A stretch of DNA of 64,000 nt, from positions 1,541 to 65,540 of the forward strand of contig CAZJQG010000008.1 of assembly GCA_964548415.1 (NCBI GenBank). Direction: 5' to 3'. Below, in pieces: positions 55,509-64,000 of the stretch (its first letter is position 1; the number at the start of each line of letters is the position of its first letter). Origin of the DNA: an uncultured Dehalococcoidales bacterium. GTDB lineage: Bacteria; Chloroflexota; Dehalococcoidia; GIF9; UBA5629. The notes beneath the pieces are model-generated. The model was not told the origin of the DNA. It saw only the letters and a program-made list of their open reading frames with translations, and made no database searches. The position numbers and the translations under genes were made by a program.

Positions 55509-57989
55509 ATGACAAGTAGATTCGAAAAGTTTTCAGAAAGAGCGCGCCGCGCTCTTACACGTGCCCAGGAAGAAGCGCAACGTTTCGGCCACAACTACAT
55601 CGATACCGAGCATATTTTGTTGGGTCTGGTAGCCGAAGAAGACAGCGTGGCCAGTAAAGTGCTGGTAAATCTGGGCGTACTACCGAATAAAATAAGAGCC
55701 GCCGTAGAGTTCGTAGTCGGCCGGGGCGAAAGATCAGCCATTGGCGAAGTGGGTCTAACCCCGCGGGCCAAGAGGGTGATCGAGCTGGCCGTAGACGAAG
55801 CCCGCCGGCTGAACCACAGCTATATAGGTACCGAACATTTGCTTCTGGGCCTGCTGCGAGACCGTGAAGGGGCCGCAGTTGGCGTCCTCGAGAGCTTTGG
55901 TGTAACTTTCGAAAAAGCCCAGACCGAGATAAACAACGTGTTGAGCCAGAGTGCTCCGCAGTCACGGGCCGTTGCCCGTGGTGTCGGCCGGACACCAGTT
56001 CTGGACCAGCTTGGCATAGACCTTACCAACGCGTCCCGCTCTGGAAAGCTCGACCCCATTATAGACCGCGAGAAGGAAATAGAACGCGTTATCCAGATAC
56101 TCAGCCGGCGCACCAAGAATAACCCGGCCCTTATCGGAGAACCCGGTGTGGGCAAGACGGCGATCGTAGAAGGACTGGCGCATCGAATCGTGGCCGGCGA
56201 AGTACCCGAGACGTTACAGGGTAAGCGCCTGGTTACTCTTGACATCGGTTCGCTGGTAGCCGGTACTAAATATCGCGGCGAATTTGAAGAAAGACTGAAG
56301 AAGGTTATCGACGAGATAAAGAGCGCCGGTAACTGTGTGATTTTTGTTGACGAGCTCCATACCATCGTTGGTGCCGGAGCCGCCGAAGGTGCGGTGGACG
56401 CTTCCAATATTTTGAAGCCTTCGCTATCCCGTGGTGAGCTGCAGTGCATAGGCGCTACCACCATGGATGATTATCGCAAGTATATCGAGAAGGACGCCGC
56501 ACTTGAGCGCCGCTTTCAACCGGTAACGGTTACGGAACCGACCGTGGAGCAGACGTTGGAAATACTTCGCGGTATTAAAGCGCGATACGAAGAGCACCAT
56601 AAGCTGACCATAAGCGATGAAGCCCTGCAGGCTGCATCATCGCTGGCGGCTAAATATATCCCCGACCGGTTTTTGCCGGATAAAGCCATCGACCTGATGG
56701 ACGAGGCGTCATCCAGGGTCCGCATACTCCGCGGCGGCGTGCCCATCGGCCTGGCTGAGGCCAGACGCGCTCTGGAAACCGTACGCAGGGATAAAGAGAC
56801 CGCCATTTCTTCTAAGGAATATGAATATGCCGCTGAACTGCGCGACCGCGAGGTTCAGCTGGTGAATAAGATAAGTGCCATGGAACAGAAATGGCAGTTA
56901 GACCAGCAGCAGGAAAAGCCGACGGTCACCGAAGAGGATATTGCCGAGGTAGTCAGCATGTGGACTGGTGTGCCCGTGGTACGCCTCACCACTGATGAGA
57001 CCAGCCGGTTGCTGCAGATGGAAGATGCTTTGCACAAGCGCATTGTCGGTCAGGACGAGGCCATAACCGTGGTATCCAAGGCGGTGAGACGCGCCCGTGC
57101 CGGCCTGAAAGAGCCGCGTCACCCTATTGGCAGCCTCATCTTCCTGGGGCCTACCGGAGTCGGCAAGACCGAGCTGGTAAGGGCTCTGGCCGAGTTCATG
57201 TTCGGCAGTGAGGATGCCATGGTCCGGCTCGATATGTCCGAGTTCATGGAGCGGCACACCGTAGCCCGGCTCGTCGGGGCTCCTCCCGGCTATGTTGGTT
57301 ACGACGAGGGTGGCCAGCTGACCGAGGCAGTCCGGCGGAAGCCATACTGCGTTATATTGCTCGATGAGATAGAAAAGGCACATCCCGATGTGTTCAACAT
57401 ATTGCTGCAGATATTCGACGACGGTCACCTGACCGACGCCAAGGGCCGGCGCGTGGATTTCCGGAACAGTATAGTCGTTATGACCAGCAACGTCGGCGCC
57501 AAGCACATAAAAGGCGTTATGAGCATCGGCTTTACTGCCCGCTCCGCGGAAGACAAGAATCGGCAGAACGAATACGAGAAGATGAAGGATAAGGTCCTTT
57601 CCGAGTTGAAAACGACCTTCCTGCCGGAGTTCCTGAACCGGATTGATGAAGTGGTTGTATTCCATTCGCTGAGTAAGGAACAAATACACCAGATCGTCGA
57701 CCTTATGATAAGCCAGGTGGCGAAGACATTGCGCGAAAAGAATATGAAGCTCGAGTTAACCGAAGCCGCCAGAGATTTCATCGGTGAAAAAGGCTACGAT
57801 CCGACCTTCGGCGCTCGTCCTTTGCGTCGTGTGATTCAGAACGAGGTTGAGGACAAGCTTTCAGAGTCTTTGCTGCACGGTGAATTCAGCCCCGGAGATA
57901 ATATACAGGTGGACTACGACGGCGAGAAAATTGTGATTCGAGCCGCCGCCGGTGCCTTATCCGGGAAAGCGGTAAAGCAAGAGCTGTAG
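55509..57989 (+). CDS. clpC: ATP-dependent Clp protease ATP-binding subunit ClpC
   Basis: Double Clp_N repeat (...HILLGLV..., ...HLLLGLL...), NBD1 [12 protein letters not shown]-like linker, NBD2 GPTGVGKTE, ...[10 protein letters not shown]. Confidence 0.95.
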   Translation: MTSRFEKFSERARRALTRAQEEAQRFGHNYIDTEHILLGLVAEEDSVASKVLVNLGVLPNKIRAAVEFVVGRGERSAIGEVGLTPRAKRVIELAVDEARRLNHSYIGTEHLLLGLLRDREGAAVGVLESFGVTFEKAQTEINNVLSQSAPQSRAVARGVGRTPVLDQLGIDLTNASRSGKLDPIIDREKEIERVIQILSRRTKNNPALIGEPGVGKTAIVEGLAHRIVAGEVPETLQGKRLVTLDIGSLVAGTKYRGEFEERLKKVIDEIKSAGNCVIFVDELHTIVGAGAAEGAVDASNILKPSLSRGELQCIGATTMDDYRKYIEKDAALERRFQPVTVTEPTVEQTLEILRGIKARYEEHHKLTISDEALQAASSLAAKYIPDRFLPDKAIDLMDEASSRVRILRGGVPIGLAEARRALETVRRDKETAISSKEYEYAAELRDREVQLVNKISAMEQKWQLDQQQEKPTVTEEDIAEVVSMWTGVPVVRLTTDETSRLLQMEDALHKRIVGQDEAITVVSKAVRRARAGLKEPRHPIGSLIFLGPTGVGKTELVRALAEFMFGSEDAMVRLDMSEFMERHTVARLVGAPPGYVGYDEGGQLTEAVRRKPYCVILLDEIEKAHPDVFNILLQIFDDGHLTDAKGRRVDFRNSIVVMTSNVGAKHIKGVMSIGFTARSAEDKNRQNEYEKMKDKVLSELKTTFLPEFLNRIDEVVVFHSLSKEQIHQIVDLMISQVAKTLREKNMKLELTEAARDFIGEKGYDPTFGARPLRRVIQNEVEDKLSESLLHGEFSPGDNIQVDYDGEKIVIRAAAGALSGKAVKQEL

Positions 57990-58010
57990 TAAGGGCATTC
58001 TTTGATTTTC

Positions 58011-58043
58011 AAAGGGCGGGTTTAAATGACCCGCCCTTTTTTA
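58011..58043 (+). terminator. Rho-independent terminator after clpC
   Basis: 10-bp stem aaagggcggg / cccgcccttt, 9-nt loop, T6 tract. Confidence 0.75.
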
Positions 58044-58094
58044 TTACCACGAGGGTAACGTGAAGCATCTGCTCTGCGGACATAATAGCCTTGG

Positions 58095-58150
58095 TCGCTT
58101 CGCTTCTCTTATTTGTAGGGAAAGGTCTTTAGACCCGTCCGCCCGGTGCG
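58095..58150. repeat. REP-like elements: tcgcttcgctt motif plus gtaggga-hairpin-cgtccgc element
   Basis: gtagggaaaggtctttagacccgtccgcccgg parallels gtagggatggaccttaggtccgtccgcgcgg at 1290-1320. Confidence 0.5.
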
Positions 58151-58312
58151 ACATCGGGAAAATATTCAGGTCTATTCCTATGCTCATCCACCGTGGTTCC
58201 TCAGGCGCAGCACGGGCGGATTCTCGTATCCTAGCTGCACGATAGCGACCGTAAAGGTTATAATATAGTCAAGACCTGTACTCGATATATTCAAAAATCA
58301 CAGTAGAGGAAC

Positions 58313-59725
58313 TTGACTAAATCAAAATCTAAAAGCGTCTTCGTTTGCCAGCAGTGCGGTAAGGAAAGCCCGAAGTGGCTCGGCCGCTGTCCCGCCTGCC
58401 AGGAATGGAACAGCTTTGTCGAGACCGTTGTTGCCGTTACTACGGAAACGAGTACCTGGGTGTCGTCGGAAGAAAACGCCCCGCAGGAGCTTTCCCGGCT
58501 GAAGACCGAGACCCATCCCCGTCTGAGCTTCCCCTTTAATGAGTTCAACCGTGTGCTCGGCGGCGGTATGGTAAGCGGCTCCCTGGTACTGGTTGGCGGC
58601 GACCCGGGAATCGGCAAGTCCACGCTGCTGCTGCAGGCCTCCGGCGCCGTGGCCAGGGCCGGCGGCAGGGTGGTGTACGTTTCCGGCGAAGAATCGGCGC
58701 ACCAGATAAAGCTGAGGTCGGAACGACTGGGCGTGCCGGGCGACAGGCTTTACCTTTTACCGGAAACCAACCTGGAGATTATATTAGGCCGAATCGGCGA
58801 GCTATCCCCGAACCTGGTAATTGTCGACTCTATCCAGACGGTTTATGTCGAGGACATGACGGGCGCCTCGGGAAGCGTAGGCCAGATAAGAGAGTCCACA
58901 CTAAGGCTTATGCGTTGGGCCAAAAAGGCCGGGATACCGGTGCTGATTACCGGCCACGTGACCAAAGACGGTGCTATCGCCGGGCCGCGGGTGCTGGAAC
59001 ACATCGTCGATGTGGTCCTTTACCTTGAAGGCGAGACCTTCAGCAGCTACCGCATTTTGAGAAGCACCAAGAACCGCTTCGGCTCCACCAACGAGGTCGG
59101 CGTCTTCGAGATGAGTGGCAGCGGCCTGATAGAAGTGGCCAATCCCTCTGAAGTATTCCTGGCGTCCCATCGAGATGGTACCGTGGGCTCGATGGTGGTG
59201 CCCACCTTCGAGGGCAGCCGGCCGCTGCTCGTTGAAATTCAGGCCTTAACCACTATGACCGGATTCGGTCCTCCCCGCCGCATCGCCAATGGAGTAGATT
59301 TCAACCGTCTGCTGTTAATCGCCGCGGTGCTGAGCCGTCGCGCCGGCATCAATTTATCGAATCAGGACATTATAACCAACGTTATCGGCGGCCTGCACAT
59401 AGGTGAGCCGGCAGCCGATTTAGGTATCGCTCTGGCCATTGCTTCCAGCTACCGGGATGCAAAGGTGGCTCCGAGGCTGGTCGCGCTGGGAGAAGTAGGC
59501 CTCAGCGGCGAGCTGCGACCGGTGCCGCAGATGGAGAGACGGCTCGCTGAAACAGCCAGGCTCGGTTTCAAGCGCTGCCTGGTTCCGGACTCAGATTCAA
59601 AGCACTCTTTCCAGGCCAAAGGCGTGGAGCTGGTAACCGCCGGTACGGTGTCCCAGGCTTTACGGCTGGGGCTCATACGTTCACCTAAAAAATCGGACCA
59701 ACCGAATGAAGAGTCAAACAGCTAA
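58313..59725 (+). CDS. radA: DNA repair protein RadA/Sms
   Basis: Zinc finger FVCQQCGKESPKWLGRCPAC, Walker A GGDPGIGKST, KNRFG motif, Lon-like C-terminus. TTG start behind AGAGGA. Confidence 0.93.
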   Translation: MTKSKSKSVFVCQQCGKESPKWLGRCPACQEWNSFVETVVAVTTETSTWVSSEENAPQELSRLKTETHPRLSFPFNEFNRVLGGGMVSGSLVLVGGDPGIGKSTLLLQASGAVARAGGRVVYVSGEESAHQIKLRSERLGVPGDRLYLLPETNLEIILGRIGELSPNLVIVDSIQTVYVEDMTGASGSVGQIRESTLRLMRWAKKAGIPVLITGHVTKDGAIAGPRVLEHIVDVVLYLEGETFSSYRILRSTKNRFGSTNEVGVFEMSGSGLIEVANPSEVFLASHRDGTVGSMVVPTFEGSRPLLVEIQALTTMTGFGPPRRIANGVDFNRLLLIAAVLSRRAGINLSNQDIITNVIGGLHIGEPAADLGIALAIASSYRDAKVAPRLVALGEVGLSGELRPVPQMERRLAETARLGFKRCLVPDSDSKHSFQAKGVELVTAGTVSQALRLGLIRSPKKSDQPNEESNS

Positions 59726-60386
59726 GACAGGAGCCATAATTGTCGGCGCCGGCAGCAGTACGCGTCTGGGATACGATAAAGTGTTTTTACCGCTCGCCGG
59801 AAAGCCGCTGCTGGCCTGGTCGGTTGATGTCTGCCAGAAGAGCCAACTGGTAGACCAGGTCGTCCTGGTTTTAAATGAGGACCGGCTCGACCAGGGGCAC
59901 AGGCTGGCAATCGAGAGGCAGTGGTCCAAGGTGGTAGAGATATGCGCCGGAGGCAACCGGCGCCAGGACTCGGTGAGGCAAGGACTTAACGAATTGGAAG
60001 ATTGCGACTGGGTAGTGATTCATGACTGCGCCCGGCCGTTTCTGACCGAGGACCTGATTCGCGACGGGTTGGAAGCAGCACAGGCGACCGGTGCGGCTGT
60101 GGCTGCCGTGCCCGTCAAAGACACAGTCAAGCTGGGCGGCAGCGACATGCTGGTTAGTCGGACATTAAACCGCGAAGCACTATGGGCGGTGCAGACGCCG
60201 CAGTTTTTCCGCTTTGATATAATAGCGGCAGCCCATGAGCAGGTGAAAGATGAAGTCACCGATGATGCCGGCATGGTCGAGAAGCTGGGGTATAAGGTAA
60301 AGCTCTACATGGGTGCTTACGATAATATAAAAATAACTATGCCGGAAGACATGACTCTGGCCAAGTTCATCGCCGGGAAGAAATAA
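59706..60386 (+). CDS. ispD: 2-C-methyl-D-erythritol 4-phosphate cytidylyltransferase
   Basis: GAIIVGAGSSTRLG.DK.FLPLAGKPLL...IHDCARPF...VQTPQFF. Confidence 0.9.
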   Translation: MKSQTAKTGAIIVGAGSSTRLGYDKVFLPLAGKPLLAWSVDVCQKSQLVDQVVLVLNEDRLDQGHRLAIERQWSKVVEICAGGNRRQDSVRQGLNELEDCDWVVIHDCARPFLTEDLIRDGLEAAQATGAAVAAVPVKDTVKLGGSDMLVSRTLNREALWAVQTPQFFRFDIIAAAHEQVKDEVTDDAGMVEKLGYKVKLYMGAYDNIKITMPEDMTLAKFIAGKK

Positions 60387-60387
60387 A

Positions 60388-60861
60388 ATGCGTGTTGGAA
60401 TTGGCTACGATGTACACAAGCTGGCTCAGGGACGTAAGCTTATCCTGGGAGGTGTGGAGGTTCCCTTCGAGCTGGGGCTTGCCGGCCACAGCGATGCCGA
60501 TGTGCTGACCCACGCCATCATGGACGCTTTGCTGGGCGCAGCCGGACTGCGCGATATCGGCGTCCAATTTCCGCCGGACGACCCGGAGTATAAGGATATC
60601 TCCAGCCTGGCTTTATTGAAAAAGGTAGGCAGCCTTCTTTCCAGGAGAATCATTGATGTCAGAAACATCGATGCCGTTATCGTTGCCGAGCAGCCGAAAC
60701 TATCGCCTTTCATTGACGAAATGCGCCGCAACATCAAGGATGCGCTTAGGATTGATTTGGCTCAGGTGATGGTTAAAGCCACCACCAGCGACGGCCTGGG
60801 GTTCACCGGCAAAGGCGAGGGTATAGCCGCTTATGCCGTGGCCCTGGTGCAAGAAAAATAA
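60388..60861 (+). CDS. ispF: 2-C-methyl-D-erythritol 2,4-cyclodiphosphate synthase
   Basis: MRVGIGYDVHKL...GHSDADVLTHAIMDALLGA... Confidence 0.93.
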   Translation: MRVGIGYDVHKLAQGRKLILGGVEVPFELGLAGHSDADVLTHAIMDALLGAAGLRDIGVQFPPDDPEYKDISSLALLKKVGSLLSRRIIDVRNIDAVIVAEQPKLSPFIDEMRRNIKDALRIDLAQVMVKATTSDGLGFTGKGEGIAAYAVALVQEK

Positions 60862-60950
60862 AAATTAAATAGAGGGATTCTTCCGGGTAGGATTTTTTCA
60901 TTTTTATTTGTCATTTTGGTTTTTAGCCTTTGGTTTTTGGTTTTAATATT

Positions 60951-61625
60951 ATGAGTCTGATCAGTAGTATTAGAAGAGACATTCAGGCGGTTTATGAGCA
61001 CGACCCGGCTGCCAAGAACGCCTGGGAAATATTTTTTGCCTATCCGGGATTTCACGCCCGCCAGTTCCACCGGGTAGCCCACACGCTGTGGAAATGGCAC
61101 TGGCCGTTTTTTCCCAGGTTCGTTTCACACATTGGTCGTTTCGTCACCGGCATTGAAATACACCCGGGCGCCACCATCGGCGAAGGGTTCTTCATCGACC
61201 ACGGCATGGGCGTCGTCATCGGCGAGACATCTGAAATTGGGGAGAATGTAGCCATATACCAGGGAGTCACCCTTGGTGGCACCAGCCTGCTGAAGAAAAA
61301 GCGGCATCCCACGCTCGGCGACAACGTGGTGGTCGGTGCCGGAGCCAAGCTTATCGGAGCCATCACCATCGGCAACGATGTGAAAATCGGCGCCGGTTCT
61401 GTGGTCGTCAGCTCGGTCCCGCCGCACGCCACCGTTGTCGGCGTGCCCGGGCGGGTGGTGGAGGTCCGCAATCCCGATACGGATACGGTGGAGAAACTGC
61501 CTGACCCGGTCTGGGAGAAAATCGAGTACCTGGAAAGAAGGGTAGCCGAACTCGAAGCCGGATTGAAGAAACCGCAGCCAAAAAAGAGACCGACGACTAA
61601 ACGTCAACTTCGGAGAGGTGAATGA
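60951..61625 (+). CDS. cysE: Serine O-acetyltransferase
   Basis: ...[18 protein letters not shown]...[43 protein letters not shown]. Start moved to ATG 60951. Confidence 0.85.
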   Translation: MSLISSIRRDIQAVYEHDPAAKNAWEIFFAYPGFHARQFHRVAHTLWKWHWPFFPRFVSHIGRFVTGIEIHPGATIGEGFFIDHGMGVVIGETSEIGENVAIYQGVTLGGTSLLKKKRHPTLGDNVVVGAGAKLIGAITIGNDVKIGAGSVVVSSVPPHATVVGVPGRVVEVRNPDTDTVEKLPDPVWEKIEYLERRVAELEAGLKKPQPKKRPTTKRQLRRGE

Positions 61626-63058
61626 AAGTATTTGATACGCTGTCCGGGCAAAAAAAAGAATTCGAACCTGCGGGTAAAAAGGTCACCATGTATATCTGCG
61701 GGGTGACAGTCTACGACGAATGCCATATCGGACACGCCATGAGCTACGTGATATTCGACGCCATCCGGCGCTACCTGGAGTACCGGGGCTATGAAGTAAA
61801 TCACGTCCAGAACTTTACCGACATCGACGACAAGATAATAAACCGGGCCAACCAGCTTGGCATTTCTTCGACCGAACTGGCCGAAAAATATATCAACGAA
61901 TATTTCAAGGACATGGATGCCCTGAATATTAAGCGCGCCAGCGTCTATCCCAGGGCTACCGAAGAGGTGTCCAAGATTATAGAGGTCATTCAGGGGTTGA
62001 TAGATAAGGGGTTTGCCTACGAATCCGAGGGCAGCGTCTATTTCCGCGTGAGAAATTTTAAAGGTTACGGCAAGCTGTCACGCCAGGAACTGGGTGACAT
62101 GATGTCGCGCGGTTCCGCAGAAGAGGGTGCCAAGGAATTTCCGTTGGACTTCGCCCTGTGGAAGGCGGCCAAGCCGGGGGAGCCGTTCTGGCCCAGTCCC
62201 TGGGGACAGGGCAGGCCGGGCTGGCATATCGAATGCACCGCCATGGCGCTTAAATACCTGGGCACCAGCCTGGACATACACGGCGGCGGCCAGGACCTTA
62301 TCTTTCCTCATCATGAGAACGAGATAACACAATCGGAGGCCTTCACCGGCGTGGCTCCGTTTGTACGCCACTGGCTGCATAACGGCCTGCTGCAGCTAGG
62401 TGAAAACAAGATGAGCAAGTCGCTGGGCAACCTGATAACGGTGAAGCAGGCGCTGCAAAACTTCAGCCCCGATGCCCTGAGGCTGTTTATACTCAGCTCA
62501 CATTATCGCAGCCCGCTGACCTACAGCGAGGACATAGTAAAGGCCGCAGAGGCCGGCATGGAGAGATTGCGGCAGGCGGCCATGAGCGATGATGGTTCAA
62601 AGGGAAAGAAAGTGCTGGATGCCTGGCCGTATCAGAGCCGGTTTATTGACAGCATGGACGACGACTTCAACACTGCGCAGGCACTGGCAGTGCTCTTCGA
62701 GCTGGCCAGAGAGATAAACCGAGGCCGCGAGAAGGGTTTGGACGTCACGGCGGCGCGGAACATGTTGCGTGAGCTAGTCGGCGTGCTCGGCTTTACGCTT
62801 CAGGAACCGAAAAAGCCGCCGCTGGAAAGCGGGCCCTTCGTGGTGCTACTGAAAGAGCTGAGCCAGAAGTTTGAAGAGATACCGTCTCATGATTCATTGA
62901 TGGACGCGGAGAAGCTCATTCAGATATTGATCGAGGGTCGTCAAAAGCTCCGTAAGGCCAGGAAATGGCAGGACGCAGATGTCATACGGCAGCGCCTCGG
63001 TGGGCTGGGCATTTCGCTGGAAGACACGCCCAAAGGCACCATCTGGAAACGAACCTAG
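61622..63058 (+). CDS. cysS: Cysteine--tRNA ligase
   Basis: [17 protein letters not shown] (HIGH) and KMSKSLGN (KMSKS). Overlaps the cysE stop by 4 nt. Confidence 0.95.
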   Translation: MKVFDTLSGQKKEFEPAGKKVTMYICGVTVYDECHIGHAMSYVIFDAIRRYLEYRGYEVNHVQNFTDIDDKIINRANQLGISSTELAEKYINEYFKDMDALNIKRASVYPRATEEVSKIIEVIQGLIDKGFAYESEGSVYFRVRNFKGYGKLSRQELGDMMSRGSAEEGAKEFPLDFALWKAAKPGEPFWPSPWGQGRPGWHIECTAMALKYLGTSLDIHGGGQDLIFPHHENEITQSEAFTGVAPFVRHWLHNGLLQLGENKMSKSLGNLITVKQALQNFSPDALRLFILSSHYRSPLTYSEDIVKAAEAGMERLRQAAMSDDGSKGKKVLDAWPYQSRFIDSMDDDFNTAQALAVLFELAREINRGREKGLDVTAARNMLRELVGVLGFTLQEPKKPPLESGPFVVLLKELSQKFEEIPSHDSLMDAEKLIQILIEGRQKLRKARKWQDADVIRQRLGGLGISLEDTPKGTIWKRT

Positions 63059-63071
63059 GTTTTTATCCCGT

Positions 63072-63306
63072 GTCATCGCGAGTCCTTCCGCAGAAGGACG
63101 TGGCAATGACAGAGAAAGAAATTTCACGTGGGTAGCCTGGAGCAGCTGCTCCAGGCAATAATTTTATAATCCGCCATGGTTGCTCCAACCGTTCGCCCTG
63201 AGCTTTATTTCTTTCCGTTCGCCCTGAGCTTGTCGAAGGGTGGTCCATTTCTGGGGGGATGGAATAAATCCGCCATGGTTCGACAGGCTCACCACGAGCG
63301 GATTTT
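63072..63306. repeat. Composite repeat unit 1: palindromic element (63072-63110) plus 189-nt direct-repeat copy (63118-63306)
   Basis: The unit starts with gtcatcgcgag-tccttc-cgca-gaagga-cgtggcaatgac. The direct-repeat copy begins gaaatttcacgtgggtagcc. It includes the perfect 20-nt palindrome cctggagcagctgctccagg (63136-63155). It also includes ...aatccgccatggtt... twice and an internal 26-nt tandem duplication, with ccgttcgccctgagct at 63189-63204 and 63215-63230. Confidence 0.7.
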
Positions 63307-63368
63307 ATTATCAGTTGCCCGCGAGCGGATTTAATAACCATGAGGGATTTTGTAGTTATCCCCCTGAG

Positions 63369-63424
63369 ATGTAGCCTCGACCTTTTAAGGTCGAGGTCAC
63401 GAGGTTAAAACCTCGTGGCTACAT
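63369..63424. repeat. Y-shaped palindromic element: closing stem atgtagcc/ggctacat around two hairpins
   Basis: Hairpins are cctcgacctt-tt-aaggtcgagg and cacgaggtt-aa-aacctcgtg. A further hairpin aggtatg-gattctt-catacct lies at about 63464-63484. Confidence 0.55.
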
Positions 63425-63514
63425 GTTTGTGATGCTAGACCTCGGCCGTTCATCTCGAAATGTAGGTATGGATTCTTCATACCTGTCCACCAACATAATG
63501 TCGTTGCCCCAGCC

Positions 63515-63730
63515 GAGATTGCCACGTCATCCCGATTATATCGGGACTCCTCGCAATGACGAGGAGGGAAATTTCACGTGGGTAGCCTGGAGCATCTGCT
63601 CCAGGCAATAATTTTATAATCCGCCATGGTTGCTCCAACCGTTAGCCCTGAGCTTGTCGAAGGGCGAGCCATTTCTGCGGGGATAGAATAAATCCGCCAT
63701 GGTTCGACAGGCTCACCACGAGCGGATTTT
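63515..63730. repeat. Composite repeat unit 2: palindromic element (63515-63560) plus 163-nt direct-repeat copy (63568-63730)
   Basis: gagattgcc-ac-gtcatcccgat-tata-atcgggac-tcctcgcaatgac, followed by near-identical sequence to 63118-63306 without the 26-nt duplication. Confidence 0.7.
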
Positions 63731-63770
63731 GTGATTTTCCCCCTTTGAAAAAGGGGGATTAAGGGGGATT

Positions 63771-64000
63771 TTATTCTACCCTTACCTCATGCCCCACCTT
63801 CGCCCCCAGGAACTCCGCGGCACTCCCGTTCTTCAACGAAATCTCCAGGTAACCGCTGCTGACGATAATGGCCGATAGACCCCTGGTATGCGCGTAGAAC
63901 CCGCTCAACCCGCGTATGCGGTGCTTGCCGATGCCGACCGTGGCTGTTCCGGCCGGCAAATCGCCGCTTCTGATATTAGAAATGAGGTTGCCGAAGTGGT
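63771..64000 (-). CDS. C-terminal part of a SAM hydroxide adenosyltransferase (DUF62, chlorinase/fluorinase-like) family protein; 5' end beyond the window
   Basis: Extending track ORF 63771-63959 upstream in frame gives ...HFGNLISNIRSGDLPAGTATVGIGKHRIRGLSGFYAH...SSGYLEISLKNGSAAEFLG. The (R)FGNLI(T/S)NI motif is typical of the family. Confidence 0.6.
   Translation of the reverse strand, partial: HFGNLISNIRSGDLPAGTATVGIGKHRIRGLSGFYAHTRGLSAIIVSSGYLEISLKNGSAAEFLGAKVGHEVRVE

Noticed and set aside
62979-63611. Small ORFs in the repeat field (62979-63161, 63063-63341, 63423-63611), two of which end in the same peptide ...NFTWVAWS.CSRQ
   Set aside because: The shared peptide is just the translation of the duplicated DNA repeat. 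There is no start or RBS context, and the frames are interrupted by palindromes. They were treated as non-coding repeats.
63059-63770. Possible CRISPR array
   Set aside because: There are only two long (~165-190 nt) direct repeats plus assorted palindromes. The region shows no regular 25-40-nt repeat/spacer periodicity, and no cas genes occur in the window.
1-64000. Mobile element, prophage or integrative island spanning part of the window
   Set aside because: I recognised no integrase, transposase, recombinase, phage structural or tRNA-gene attachment site. The only compositional anomaly is the ~0.9-kb islet at 10.3-11.2 kb, which lacks flanking repeats that I could see.

Overview
64-kb chromosomal segment of a bacterium. 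It is densely coded on both strands, with about 60 protein genes and roughly 50-60% G+C by eye. I saw no integrase, transposase, phage gene or CRISPR array. Gene content and order resemble monoderm or Chloroflexota-like genomes, but taxonomy cannot be fixed without a database search. Housekeeping genes include rsfS, ndk, thiL-tsaE-tsaB, rsmA-ispE, cca, glyQS, ade, hpt, rpoB-rpoC, ruvB and a clpC-radA-ispD-ispF-cysE-cysS block. Two RNA genes are invisible to the ORF track: a long-form (Alu-domain) SRP RNA at about 6596-6865, and a stand-alone 5S rRNA at about 55253-55372 with its own near-consensus promoter. The observations most worth a second look follow. (1) A 5.5-kb co-directional trxA-ccdA cluster carries five TlpA/ResA-type thioredoxin modules in four proteins. 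Two of the proteins also have FN3-like domains, and one has a cytoplasmic zinc ribbon and has lost its CXXC. (2) An AT-rich islet between ispE and cca encodes an orphan 238-aa protein with an R-x4-H (HEPN-like) motif. (3) A 710-bp convergent intergenic region after cysS consists of nested palindromic repeats, including two ~165-190-bp direct repeats. Related short hairpin elements are scattered through the window. (4) Several proteins deviate from family signatures: a DRG-type GTPase with DTPP in place of DxxG, a K+ channel with filter TIGFRE, four nitronate-monooxygenase/FabK-like paralogues, and a truncated FtsH-N-terminus-like duplicate. All functional calls rest on my recognition of motifs in the supplied translations. 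No database search, covariance model or folding program was run. RNA, promoter and repeat coordinates are hand-counted and may be off by a few nt.
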